Positions 18,154 through 27,551 of a DNA stretch of 60,174 nucleotides are shown one piece after another. The notes under the pieces are model-generated. The model made no database searches. It saw nothing but the letters and a program-made list of their open reading frames with translations, and was not told the DNA's origin. The stretch's first letter is position 1, and each line of letters opens with the position of its first letter. The stretch lies in sequence record DRR723986_566, one strand, 5' to 3'. Position numbers and translations under genes: made by a program.

Positions 18154-20790
18154 ATGAATATTGAAAATACGACCCTATGGAAGAATGCTTTTAGTATTCG
18201 GGAAAATGATCCAGATAGAGAGTGCCGAGAAAAACTGCGCGGCGCCTACTCTAGTTTTTGGCAGAATGCGACCACACTTTCTCGAGAAATTCAAAAAACG
18301 CTCCCAACATTAACATTGCATGATGATAAGCATTTTGAAGCTTTATGGCATTGTGCGGATTTAATTATTGGGAACTCAGTTGAATTAACGCCTCTTGAGG
18401 TTTTTGTCTTTGGTGGGGCTGTGCTCATTCATGATGCGGCAAACTGTATTGCGGCTTATGAAGGTGGTTTGGATGAATTACGGAACACACCAGAATGGAG
18501 TGACGCGAAAGCTGATGTAGAGGCAAGGCATGTTAAGGCAAAAGATTCCATTACATCAGAACAGTTGCAACAAGAAATTTTGCTAGAAGCTTTAAGGCAT
18601 TTACATGCCGTGAAAGCCGAGAGTCTATGTAGTATGAAAGTCGTTGTTGGGGATGAAAGTTTTCACTTGATCCAAGATGATCAATTACGAACACATATTG
18701 GCGACTTGATTGGTCATGTAGCCGCTAGCCACCATTGGGACGTTGAAGAACTGCCCAAGCGTCTGCAGTCAAATTTTGGCGCATTAGTTGGCTTTTCTCG
18801 CGATTGGACTGTTCGCCCAGTTCTTCTTGCAGGTTTAATTCGCTGCGCAGATGCTATCCAGCTAGATCAATCGCGTGCACCAGATTTTTTATATGGGCTA
18901 TTGCAGTTGAAAGGGGTTTCCGAGTTGCACTGGAGGGCTCAGAATAGGTTAGCGGCTCCGATGGTTGACCCCGAGGATGCTTCCTCGCTGTTATTCACAT
19001 CGACAAAACCATTCTTCGAGCAGGATTCTGAGGCTTGGTGGATTGCCTATGAAGCTATCAGTATGGCGAACAAAGAATTGGTCAGGACGGATGCTCTTTT
19101 AAAAGACTTAAAACTACCTTCTTTTGAAATTAATCGACTTAGCCATGCGAACTCTCCGCAGCGTCTGGGTCAACATGTGAGGATCAGCGGTTGGGAACCT
19201 GTCAAGGCAACTATTCACGTTTCAAACGTTGACGGAATTGTTGATATGTTTGGTGGTGATAAATTATACGGACAAGCGCCACATGTAGCGTTACGTGAGC
19301 TTATTCAAAATGCTGCTGATGCTGTACGTCTTCGCCGAACTATTGAACGTCCTAAATCAAGCTATAAAGGGTCTATAGTTGTTTCCACAGAGACTGTTGA
19401 GGGTCATCCCGATGAAATTTGGCTCCATGTTGAGGATGATGGTATTGGGATGTCTCGGGATGTAATAACTGGCCCTCTTCTGGACTTTGGGGCTAGTTAT
19501 CTGTCTTCGACTCTTGTAAAAAAAGAACGTCCAGGCCTTGTTGGTAAAAAAGTTACCAGATCTGGTAAGTATGGTATTGGCTTCTTTTCTGTATTTATGC
19601 TTGGTTTGCATGTTGAAGTCATATCTAGACCATTTGATCAAGGACTAGCGAGTACGAAAACGCTTGTATTTAAAAATGGTTACAAACAACAGCCAATTCT
19701 AAAGTCGGGCGCGTCTCAAGGTTTTGGCTCAGTTTCTTCAACTCGAGTTTCAGTAAAGTTAGCTTTAGGAAAATGGAGTGAATTGTTAGAGGTAAGATCA
19801 TTCAGTTCAGAAGGGAAAACAATACAATTCGGCAGTCTGGTTTCTTGTTTGGCTCCTATGCTTGATGTCGATGTTTATGTAAGAACCAATGAGGGTTTAC
19901 AAGAACTTGTTCACTGCCAAAACTGGGCTCAACAAGACGCCAAGTCATGGTTAAACTCTATTGTTCTTATACCTGAAGGTGGCCTCACTAGGCAAGAGAC
20001 TGATGCAATCGATTTTGCTTCGGAAGCTATTGAACTAATTGATCCGGAAAACCCTAAGCTGGGGCGCGCTAGTATTCCTGCGAACGTTAGTATAGGTGTA
20101 AGAACCGTAGATGGTCTTATTGCTCACAATGGTTTAGGCGCTCATAATGTAGGATTCGACGGGGCCATCGAATATTATTCGACTGGACCATTGCGTTTAG
20201 GTTCTGACATAGTGGCTTTCGAAAAACTCGCTATTTGGGCTAGTAGGCAAGCTCAGTTTCTTGCCACTAAAAATTTAAATGATCAGCAGAAGTTTATTGC
20301 AGCAGGTAGAGTTGTACGGTTTGGTGGAGATGCTAGTCCCATTGCTGTTATGAATTTGAATAGTTATACAGTCCCATTAAAAGAAATATATGAATACCTT
20401 TTGGCTGGTAATGTATTGTTTGCACCTGTTAAGCGGGACCATCGCGAAGAAGAAATACATCTTATTACACGTGTTAGAGAAAGACATTGGGGTTTGTTGG
20501 ACACCTATAGCAAGGATGAGTTAGAATATCTTGTTGATGTTCTAGAGCCTGTTACAGAAAATTCAGATTGTGACGACTATTTAGCGATAACCACAGATAA
20601 GAATGAAGTGAAACTTGGTTTTCTAAATTTCTTGATTAATTACGCGCAAAGTAATCAGCAATTAATCAAAGGTGAGTTTGTAGCAGGCGTTGAGTTTGCA
20701 AAATATGTGGGTGAACCTTCCCACAGGGATGGTCTGCATTATGGAAAATTAATAAAAACTAATGGTTTGAAACTTTGGATTAACCAATAA
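18154..20790 (+). CDS. HD-domain (HD-CE-like) phosphohydrolase fused to HSP90-like GHKL ATPase
   Basis: TLHDDKH, LIHDAAN, ASHHW, RCADA; LRELIQNAADA, DDGIGMS, GKYGIGFFS; AT-richer than flanks. Confidence 0.85.
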   Translation: MNIENTTLWKNAFSIRENDPDRECREKLRGAYSSFWQNATTLSREIQKTLPTLTLHDDKHFEALWHCADLIIGNSVELTPLEVFVFGGAVLIHDAANCIAAYEGGLDELRNTPEWSDAKADVEARHVKAKDSITSEQLQQEILLEALRHLHAVKAESLCSMKVVVGDESFHLIQDDQLRTHIGDLIGHVAASHHWDVEELPKRLQSNFGALVGFSRDWTVRPVLLAGLIRCADAIQLDQSRAPDFLYGLLQLKGVSELHWRAQNRLAAPMVDPEDASSLLFTSTKPFFEQDSEAWWIAYEAISMANKELVRTDALLKDLKLPSFEINRLSHANSPQRLGQHVRISGWEPVKATIHVSNVDGIVDMFGGDKLYGQAPHVALRELIQNAADAVRLRRTIERPKSSYKGSIVVSTETVEGHPDEIWLHVEDDGIGMSRDVITGPLLDFGASYLSSTLVKKERPGLVGKKVTRSGKYGIGFFSVFMLGLHVEVISRPFDQGLASTKTLVFKNGYKQQPILKSGASQGFGSVSSTRVSVKLALGKWSELLEVRSFSSEGKTIQFGSLVSCLAPMLDVDVYVRTNEGLQELVHCQNWAQQDAKSWLNSIVLIPEGGLTRQETDAIDFASEAIELIDPENPKLGRASIPANVSIGVRTVDGLIAHNGLGAHNVGFDGAIEYYSTGPLRLGSDIVAFEKLAIWASRQAQFLATKNLNDQQKFIAAGRVVRFGGDASPIAVMNLNSYTVPLKEIYEYLLAGNVLFAPVKRDHREEEIHLITRVRERHWGLLDTYSKDELEYLVDVLEPVTENSDCDDYLAITTDKNEVKLGFLNFLINYAQSNQQLIKGEFVAGVEFAKYVGEPSHRDGLHYGKLIKTNGLKLWINQ

Positions 20791-20927
20791 ATTTTCTGAA
20801 TTACTAACCCTTTTTCTCAAGTTAGCTCCCATCATAATATGGATACAAATTTCACCTCTTTAAAACAAACTTACTTTTAGCTCTTCGCGAATACTTTTTT
20901 ATATGGGTACTAGTGTCTTTTAGGTAC

Positions 20928-22004
20928 TCACTTCCCCTTCAGGCGTTTCATTTGGCGAATTGTTTTGGCGAGGGATTTGCCTTTGCTGCGGCGCTCGGCC
21001 AGCGTGGCGGAGTTGAACCTGTTTTCTGCTGCCAGCTTGTTCCAGCGCTCTAATCGGGCTTCCTCTATGGTGCCGGCCTCAACGGCGGCGCGCACGGCAC
21101 AGCCGGGCTCGGTGGTGTGCTGACAATCATTAAACTTGCAGCCGCTCGCCAGCGCCTCAAGGTCAGCGAACAAGGCGGCGACGCCGTCTTCCACGTCGGT
21201 CATTTGCAGCTCGCGCATACCGGGGGTGTCCAGCACGGCGCACCCACCGGGGATGATATGAAGCTGGCGGCTGGTGGTGGTGTGGCGGCCTTTGGCGTCG
21301 TCTTCTCTTATGCCTTGGGTTGCGATGCTGTTTGTACCGGACAGCGCGTTGGTGAGGGTGGATTTGCCCACGCCCGATGAGCCCATGAAGGCGACAGTTT
21401 GACCGGGTTTGCACCAGCTTTTAAGCTCGGTAATGGGGTCCTTGCCGCGGGCATCTAGCGCCAGCACTGGCACCAGCGCGGAAATGGCGCTGGCCTTGTT
21501 GATGTACCCTTCCGGTTCATCGCACATATCCAGTTTGGTTAAAATAATCACCGGGGAAACCTCTGCCTCAAAAGCCAGCGCAATGTAACGCTCCAGCCGG
21601 GCGATGTTGAAATCAGCGTTGCAGGAGGAAACGATAAAGGCGGTGTCGATGTTGGCGGCGATGAGCTGCAGGCGGCGGTCTGTACCCGGCGCGCGGCGTT
21701 TTATCAGGCTTTTGCGCCCTAGCAAGCGGTAGGCGTGCGGTGCGGCGGGGTTTATGAGCAGCCAGTCCCCTACTGTAATGTCAGCATTAGGCGGCAGAAG
21801 GGTTTCGATGCCGTCCCCCACCACACGCAGGCCTGCGCGGTGCACTTCTGTTACCCGCACGGGCTGGCTGGTTTGGGTTTCATCAGGGTTGATTTGTTGG
21901 GCAAAGTGGCCTTGCCAGCCGAGCATGTCGAGCGGGGACAAGGGGCGCTGTTTTGCTTGTGTGCCCGGTTTTTTGGATAGAAATTTGGAATAGTCGCGTG
22001 CCAT
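20928..22004 (-). CDS. rsgA: Ribosome small subunit-dependent GTPase A family
   Basis: Circularly permuted G motifs TKLD, GSSGVGKST, GRHTTT, DTPG; Zn finger CKFNDCQH..EPGC. Confidence 0.95.
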   Translation of the reverse strand: MARDYSKFLSKKPGTQAKQRPLSPLDMLGWQGHFAQQINPDETQTSQPVRVTEVHRAGLRVVGDGIETLLPPNADITVGDWLLINPAAPHAYRLLGRKSLIKRRAPGTDRRLQLIAANIDTAFIVSSCNADFNIARLERYIALAFEAEVSPVIILTKLDMCDEPEGYINKASAISALVPVLALDARGKDPITELKSWCKPGQTVAFMGSSGVGKSTLTNALSGTNSIATQGIREDDAKGRHTTTSRQLHIIPGGCAVLDTPGMRELQMTDVEDGVAALFADLEALASGCKFNDCQHTTEPGCAVRAAVEAGTIEEARLERWNKLAAENRFNSATLAERRSKGKSLAKTIRQMKRLKGK

Positions 22005-22132
22005 TGGTTTAAGCTTTCAAAGGGAGTATTTATTTTATGAGGGTGTCCAACCGTGTTGGACAACAAAACAAACGGCCCGCTAGGCAGGGTGCCTAGGCGG
22101 TCATTTGGTTTTAGTAGCTCCCGACCGGGGAA

Positions 22133-22159
22133 CTAGCGGTTTCCCGCAATGTCCTGCAT
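22133..22159 (-). CDS. Candidate leader peptide MQDIAGNR upstream of rsgA
   Basis: GGAGA SD 4 nt before ATG; TAG stop; followed by terminator-like hairpin 22077-22100. Confidence 0.5.
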   Translation of the reverse strand: MQDIAGNR

Positions 22160-22356
22160 AAAATCTCCAAAGCTTGAGACACAAAAAGGTTTGCGCGCCA
22201 GCTTACGAATTTTGGCCCCGATGCGCAAGCCTGTGGGCAAGTGGGGCCAGCAAACTGCTTTGCTTTGGCGTGAAAAAATTTGCCGGGGCACCACAAACTC
22301 GGTAGACTCTATGCAGGCTGTTATTTGATACCCGGCTTCAAGCAGAGGCACTGCGC

Positions 22357-23361
22357 ATGAAAAACTTCTTTCTAAGCCTAATCAAGCCACGTGCTTGGGT
22401 TAGCAAGCTGTTGATAATTCTTTTTACCGGGGCCTTCCTTGGCTTGGGCTTTATGGATTATCTGGAGCCTATCAGGGTTATTCTCGATAAAGATGAGTTT
22501 GCCTTTCATTTGGGCGACATGCGTTTTTCTGTGTTTCTGATTTTGAAAGCTTTCCTAACGCTTATTTTGGTGTTTTGGGTGGCGGGCATTATTTCTGAAT
22601 TTGCTGAAAATCGTCTGAAAAAAATCAATTCGATGAAGTCAAGCAACCGGTCTTTGATTATCAAAACCGTGCAAATTCTGGTCTATTTCGCCGCTATCAC
22701 CATTGGCCTTGAAACGCTGGGCTTTGACCTGACAACATTAACTGTATTTGGTGGTGCGCTGGGTATTGGCCTTGGCTTTGGGTTGCAGAAAGTTGCCTCT
22801 AACTTCATTAGCGGCATTATTCTTTTGTTTGAAAAGTCTATCGAAGATGATGATTTGGTTGAGTTGACAGACGGTGTGTTCGGTTTCATCCGCCACACCG
22901 GCGCGCGCTATACGCTGATTGAAACGCCCGATGGCTGCGAAGTGATGGTGCCCAACGAAGACTTTATCACCAACCGGGTAACCAACTGGACCTTCACAAG
23001 CGCGCAGGGCCGCATCGAAATCAGGGTGGGCGTTGCTTATTCCTGCGATGTGGAGAAAGCCAGAGAGCTTATTCTGGAAGCTGCCCGCCAGCACCCCCGT
23101 TGTATTACGGACCCCGGACCGGTGTGTTTCATGCGCGAGTTTGGCGACAACTCAATCAATATGCTTCTGCAGTTTTGGGTGGCTGATGTAACGCTGGGCC
23201 GGTATGAGCCGCAAAGTGATGTGATGCGCACGATTTGGCGGCTTTTTCGGGAAAATAATATCGAAATTCCCTTCCCGCAGCGCGATGTTCATATTAAGGG
23301 GCCGGTTCATACAACAGGCCCGGACACAGATGTGGCAGGGTCAACAGGGGCAACATCATGA
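22357..23361 (+). CDS. MscS-family mechanosensitive channel
   Basis: GALGIGLGFGLQKVASNFISGIILL, VPNEDFI, IEIPFPQRDVH. Confidence 0.95.
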   Translation: MKNFFLSLIKPRAWVSKLLIILFTGAFLGLGFMDYLEPIRVILDKDEFAFHLGDMRFSVFLILKAFLTLILVFWVAGIISEFAENRLKKINSMKSSNRSLIIKTVQILVYFAAITIGLETLGFDLTTLTVFGGALGIGLGFGLQKVASNFISGIILLFEKSIEDDDLVELTDGVFGFIRHTGARYTLIETPDGCEVMVPNEDFITNRVTNWTFTSAQGRIEIRVGVAYSCDVEKARELILEAARQHPRCITDPGPVCFMREFGDNSINMLLQFWVADVTLGRYEPQSDVMRTIWRLFRENNIEIPFPQRDVHIKGPVHTTGPDTDVAGSTGATS

Positions 23362-24329
23362 CCGAAGCCATACTTTTTGCCTATGACTTTAACGGACAGG
23401 GCGGCGCAAAACCGCTTGCGGAAAGCGATGTGAGCGCACATTTGAAGGCCAATGAAATTGCCTGGGTGCATTTAGATGCCAACCACCCGGACACTCGCGG
23501 CTGGCTGGAGCGGGAAATTGCCTATCTGGACCCTTTCATCACCGAGGCCTTGCTGGCAGAGGAAACCAGCCCGCGTGTCACTGAAATTAACGATGGGGCG
23601 CTTATTTTTCTGCGCGGCGTTAACCTGAACGTGGCCGCTGCGCCGGAAGACATGGTGTCTATTCGCTTGTGGATAGACAGCCACCGAATTATCAGCGTGC
23701 GCAAGCGCCGATTGCAGGCCGTACGCGACATTGAAGGCAAATTGCAGGAAGGCAAAGGCCCCAAGGATGCAGGCGAGTTTATCGCACAATTGGTGGCGAA
23801 GATGTTTAACCGGTTCGAGCCGGTTTTGGCGGCGCTTGATGAGGCAACTGACAATATTGAAGAAGAAGTGCTGGAAACAGCATCGGCTGATCAGCGCGGC
23901 GGCATTGTTAGCGTGCGCAAGCAGGCGATTGTGTTTCGCAGGTATATGTCGCCCCAACGCGATGTGATTATGCAGCTATACGGGTCTGAATTGCCGTGGC
24001 TTAATCAGCCGCATCGCCGCCATTTACAGGAAAGTTTTGGCCGGGTAAAACGCTATGTGGACGACCTGGATGCCATCCGTGAGCGTGCGCAGGTTATCAA
24101 GGATGAGCTTGCCGCCATTCTGTCAGACAGGCTGAACAAAAACATGTATGTGCTGTCGGTTATCGCAGCCATATTCCTGCCTTTGGGTTTTTTGACCGGG
24201 TTGCTTGGCATTAATGTTGGTGGCATTCCGGGCGCGGAAAACGACTATGCCTTCGCCATTTTTGGCGGCATTCTTGTGGCCATTGTGGCGGTTCAGGTGC
24301 TTATTTTCAAAAAACTGAAGTGGTTCTAA
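23358..24329 (+). CDS. zntB: ZntB-type (CorA family) zinc transporter
   Basis: LRGVNLN, EDMVSIRLW, GLLGINVGGIPG (GIN signature); ATGA overlap with mscS. Confidence 0.88.
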   Translation: MTEAILFAYDFNGQGGAKPLAESDVSAHLKANEIAWVHLDANHPDTRGWLEREIAYLDPFITEALLAEETSPRVTEINDGALIFLRGVNLNVAAAPEDMVSIRLWIDSHRIISVRKRRLQAVRDIEGKLQEGKGPKDAGEFIAQLVAKMFNRFEPVLAALDEATDNIEEEVLETASADQRGGIVSVRKQAIVFRRYMSPQRDVIMQLYGSELPWLNQPHRRHLQESFGRVKRYVDDLDAIRERAQVIKDELAAILSDRLNKNMYVLSVIAAIFLPLGFLTGLLGINVGGIPGAENDYAFAIFGGILVAIVAVQVLIFKKLKWF

Positions 24330-24446
24330 CGCTTTTCCAGAGCTGACGAGACAGGATTTTTTTCCATTTACTTTGACAATGGGGCTTGTTTCCGCGTTGC
24401 AATAATAAGGGTCTTCTGCAAAAGTAAATTGTATAGGGAGGCGGGT

Positions 24447-25910
24447 ATGATTAATGCAAAATGCGTCTTAACTTTATCAACGGTCAGTTCCTTTTTTTTG
24501 ACAGTAAGCCTTGTTTTTGCAGCGCCAAATGCGCTGGCGCAGGTGATCGTGGAATCGCCTGAAGAGGAAGAAGTAATAGTAGTTACAGCTTGCAGGCATA
24601 ACAATCGCGGGACTGCTAGCCTGAGAGGCACAACACCTGTCTCACCCGAGCAGCTTGAAGCAATCGAGATCGGCCACGACAATTGGTATGCAATAAATGA
24701 AGACGAACTGCCGTCAGAGCGAGACTTTTCAATAGATGTTCCCACTTCATTGCCTGCGCCAGAAGGCATTTTTGGTTATCAACGGGCAAATTTGTCTGCA
24801 CCATCGATAGAGGTAGACACCCATGATTTTGCCATGGAGTGGGCTGATTTGCAAAACGCAGTTATTGACGCAAAACTGCGTATAGATGGCACTTTTGCTA
24901 ACGCAAATTTAGAAAACTCTGACCTTAGCGGCATGATTATTGATGGTGATTTTGCCTTTGCTAACCTAAACCATGCCGGGCTGTGGGCTGGCGAGATTAA
25001 AGGTGATTTTGTCGGCGCTAACCTTGAGAAGTCCAGTATCAGTGCAGACATAATCGACGCCGACTTTTCATATGCAAATCTTACTGATGCTGAGCTTATT
25101 TGTGATGTCGAGTTTGCTGATAGCAACTTTAACAATGCAAATTTAACGCGTACAAATTTTCAAGGGGCTATTTTCGACAACGTCGAATTTGATGGTTCCA
25201 ACCTATCAGAGACTGATTTTTATGGTGCAACGTTTAAGGGTGAAATATTTTATGAACCTCAAGCGGGTACAGTGCCGAACATTGTTGCGATGGCAACAGT
25301 TGATGGATTAGAGAACCTGACCTTTGAAAATAGCAAAGCCGGTTTGCGTGATCTAAAGAATGGTTTCCGGCTCGCAGGTTACGGTGAACAGGCGAACATA
25401 CTTAATTATACAATAAAAAGGAGGGAACGCGAAGACAAGTGGCAAGGCTCGCTTCTCGACAAGGTCGATAGTTTGTTTCAATTGATATTTTTCGAATATC
25501 CGGTTTCTTATGGTCGCGATCCGGGACGAGCACTTATTGTGATGTTACTGGGCATTTTGGTTTTTGCAGTGCCTTACTATGTGTCGCTTATAAGCCTTGG
25601 TTCAGACGGAATATGGCGTACATGGAACAGCGAGCGAATTCGTCAGGATATAGGATCACCCAAGCCAGAGCGACTTCGCATGAATTGGCTTTCAGCAGTG
25701 CCAATAGCCATATACTTCAGCATGTTGTCCGCGTTTCATATTGGCTGGCGAGACCTGAATGTTGGCAGTTGGCTTTCGCGGCTACAAGCCAGAGAATATA
25801 GTTATGCTGCCAGCGGTTGGGTTCGGACAGTATCTGGTATGCAATCATTGCTGAGTGTATATTTGCTTGCGCTTTGGGCTTTGTCATACTTCGGGCAGCC
25901 CTTTGGATAA
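24447..25910 (+). CDS. Pentapeptide-repeat protein with C-terminal TM/channel-like domain
   Basis: A(N/D)L repeats; SYGRDPGR-TM, AIYFSMLSAFHIGWRDL, final TM. Confidence 0.8.
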   Translation: MINAKCVLTLSTVSSFFLTVSLVFAAPNALAQVIVESPEEEEVIVVTACRHNNRGTASLRGTTPVSPEQLEAIEIGHDNWYAINEDELPSERDFSIDVPTSLPAPEGIFGYQRANLSAPSIEVDTHDFAMEWADLQNAVIDAKLRIDGTFANANLENSDLSGMIIDGDFAFANLNHAGLWAGEIKGDFVGANLEKSSISADIIDADFSYANLTDAELICDVEFADSNFNNANLTRTNFQGAIFDNVEFDGSNLSETDFYGATFKGEIFYEPQAGTVPNIVAMATVDGLENLTFENSKAGLRDLKNGFRLAGYGEQANILNYTIKRREREDKWQGSLLDKVDSLFQLIFFEYPVSYGRDPGRALIVMLLGILVFAVPYYVSLISLGSDGIWRTWNSERIRQDIGSPKPERLRMNWLSAVPIAIYFSMLSAFHIGWRDLNVGSWLSRLQAREYSYAASGWVRTVSGMQSLLSVYLLALWALSYFGQPFG

Positions 25911-25984
25911 ACAGCCTTTCAGCCCCCTGAGTTTGCGGATTTCTACCTGACATTAGAATAGGGGTTAAGGTGTACGCGTGCCAT

Positions 25985-27088
25985 TTATTCAGCTGCGGAT
26001 TTTTGGGTGCTCACTTTTTTGGTAACACCTTGCTGATCCATAAAGGCTGCAATTTCATCCAGCGCATGGGCAGACTCCGGCAATACCAAATCAAACATCT
26101 GCCAAACATGACATAGGTGCGCCCATGTTTGCAGTGTCACTGGTGAGCCTTGAGATATCGCTTTGTTGGTATATCGCTTGGCATCGTCATATAAAATTTC
26201 GGTTGTGCTGGCGTGAATAAGTGTAGGGGGAAGCCCGGCAAGGTTGTCATGCAACGGTGAAATGACGGGAGAACAGGGTCTTGCCCTTGCGATCGCCCAC
26301 ATAATCCACATCAATAGCCAATGCGGTACCTTAAGCATTTTTGCGGCCATTGGCCTTAGCATGTGATCCGTTTTCAGGTTTTCTCTAACACTTGGGCCAG
26401 TGCCCGTGCCGTCTGTCGCAGGCGAAAGCGCCACGACTGCATCTGGCATCCTTTTGCCAGCGTCGCGCAGCCAGTTCACCAAACATAAAGTTAAGTTACC
26501 GCCAGCACTGTCCCCCGCAACGGATATCTTGTCAGCAGTGGCAGGGCCATCTGGCCCGTTTTCAAGCAGCCACTGATAAGCAGCGCGGCTATCGTAAACG
26601 CTGTCTTTGCGTTTGTTTTCTGGCATCAAGCGGTAGTCTGGCGCGAATACAACGCATCCGGTGCGCTTGGCAATATTAACAATAAGTGGCCTGTGGCTGA
26701 TCGGCGAGCCGAGCATGAAAGCACCGCCGTGAATGTAGAGCAGGCGTTTGGAAGGGTCAGCGCCGTCAACAATAGTCCATTCGCCGGGTACGGAAAGGCC
26801 GTTGAATTCCGCAGTGCCGGGCATAAAGCTACAATCAAATTCGCGGTTTAGCCCCATTTCATCGAAGCGTTTGCGTGTTTCTGCCAGCGTTGACCGCTGC
26901 GCCATGCGTTCAAGTAAATAATCTGTTACGCCGTCGGCGGCCTCTGACGGACCTGCGCTATCGAAGGTAACGGGAATAGGCGTATCATAGGCAGTAAGCG
27001 CTGGACCGCGCAGAAAAACGCGAGAAATAGCGAAGGCCGCAAGCAAAAATGCTGCGCCGTATAGTACAATATCCATCAATATAGCCAC
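25985..27088 (-). CDS. Alpha/beta hydrolase, HSL-family esterase
   Basis: HGGAF and GDSAGG motifs. Confidence 0.92.
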   Translation of the reverse strand: MAILMDIVLYGAAFLLAAFAISRVFLRGPALTAYDTPIPVTFDSAGPSEAADGVTDYLLERMAQRSTLAETRKRFDEMGLNREFDCSFMPGTAEFNGLSVPGEWTIVDGADPSKRLLYIHGGAFMLGSPISHRPLIVNIAKRTGCVVFAPDYRLMPENKRKDSVYDSRAAYQWLLENGPDGPATADKISVAGDSAGGNLTLCLVNWLRDAGKRMPDAVVALSPATDGTGTGPSVRENLKTDHMLRPMAAKMLKVPHWLLMWIMWAIARARPCSPVISPLHDNLAGLPPTLIHASTTEILYDDAKRYTNKAISQGSPVTLQTWAHLCHVWQMFDLVLPESAHALDEIAAFMDQQGVTKKVSTQKSAAE

Positions 27089-27162
27089 AAAACGCCCCTG
27101 TTACTTTTTGCCAATTTCATTCAACGGTAAATAGGGCGCATTTCACAGATTACCAATTTTGT

Positions 27163-27546
27163 TTAAAGTGTTGACTGCCAAATTCCGTCAACATGAGTTG
27201 CTTCGTCATCACCAGGCCATGGTGGCATCGCAATACAAATGAATTTGAGATCGACATCAGAGGTGTTCCGGTATTGGAATTTCGTGCCCAGAGGGATGTC
27301 GATCGACGTCCCAGTGGTAAGGCACGAGACTCCAGATTCGTTGCCATTGTCACGCCATATCTCACCCACCCCTTCCAATATATACCAGAACTCGCTGACG
27401 GTCGCATGAACTGTTGCCCGGTTGGTCTGTCCGGCCGGTACAGTACTATGGATCATGTTGCCGGTGGTGCCGTCCATTATAAAACGGATATCGGCACCTG
27501 CGGGGGACTTGGCGTCGGGCTTGTCTGGAAGTGGTGTAGTTTTCAT
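27163..27546 (-). CDS. Cupin domain protein
   Basis: HATVSEFWYILEGVGEIW, IPLGTKFQYRN, MPPWPG. Confidence 0.85.
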   Translation of the reverse strand: MKTTPLPDKPDAKSPAGADIRFIMDGTTGNMIHSTVPAGQTNRATVHATVSEFWYILEGVGEIWRDNGNESGVSCLTTGTSIDIPLGTKFQYRNTSDVDLKFICIAMPPWPGDDEATHVDGIWQSTL

Positions 27547-27551
27547 TTGCG

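Noticed and set aside
17972-20927. IS element or prophage around the AT-rich gene
   Set aside because: No transposase, integrase, terminal repeats or target duplication visible
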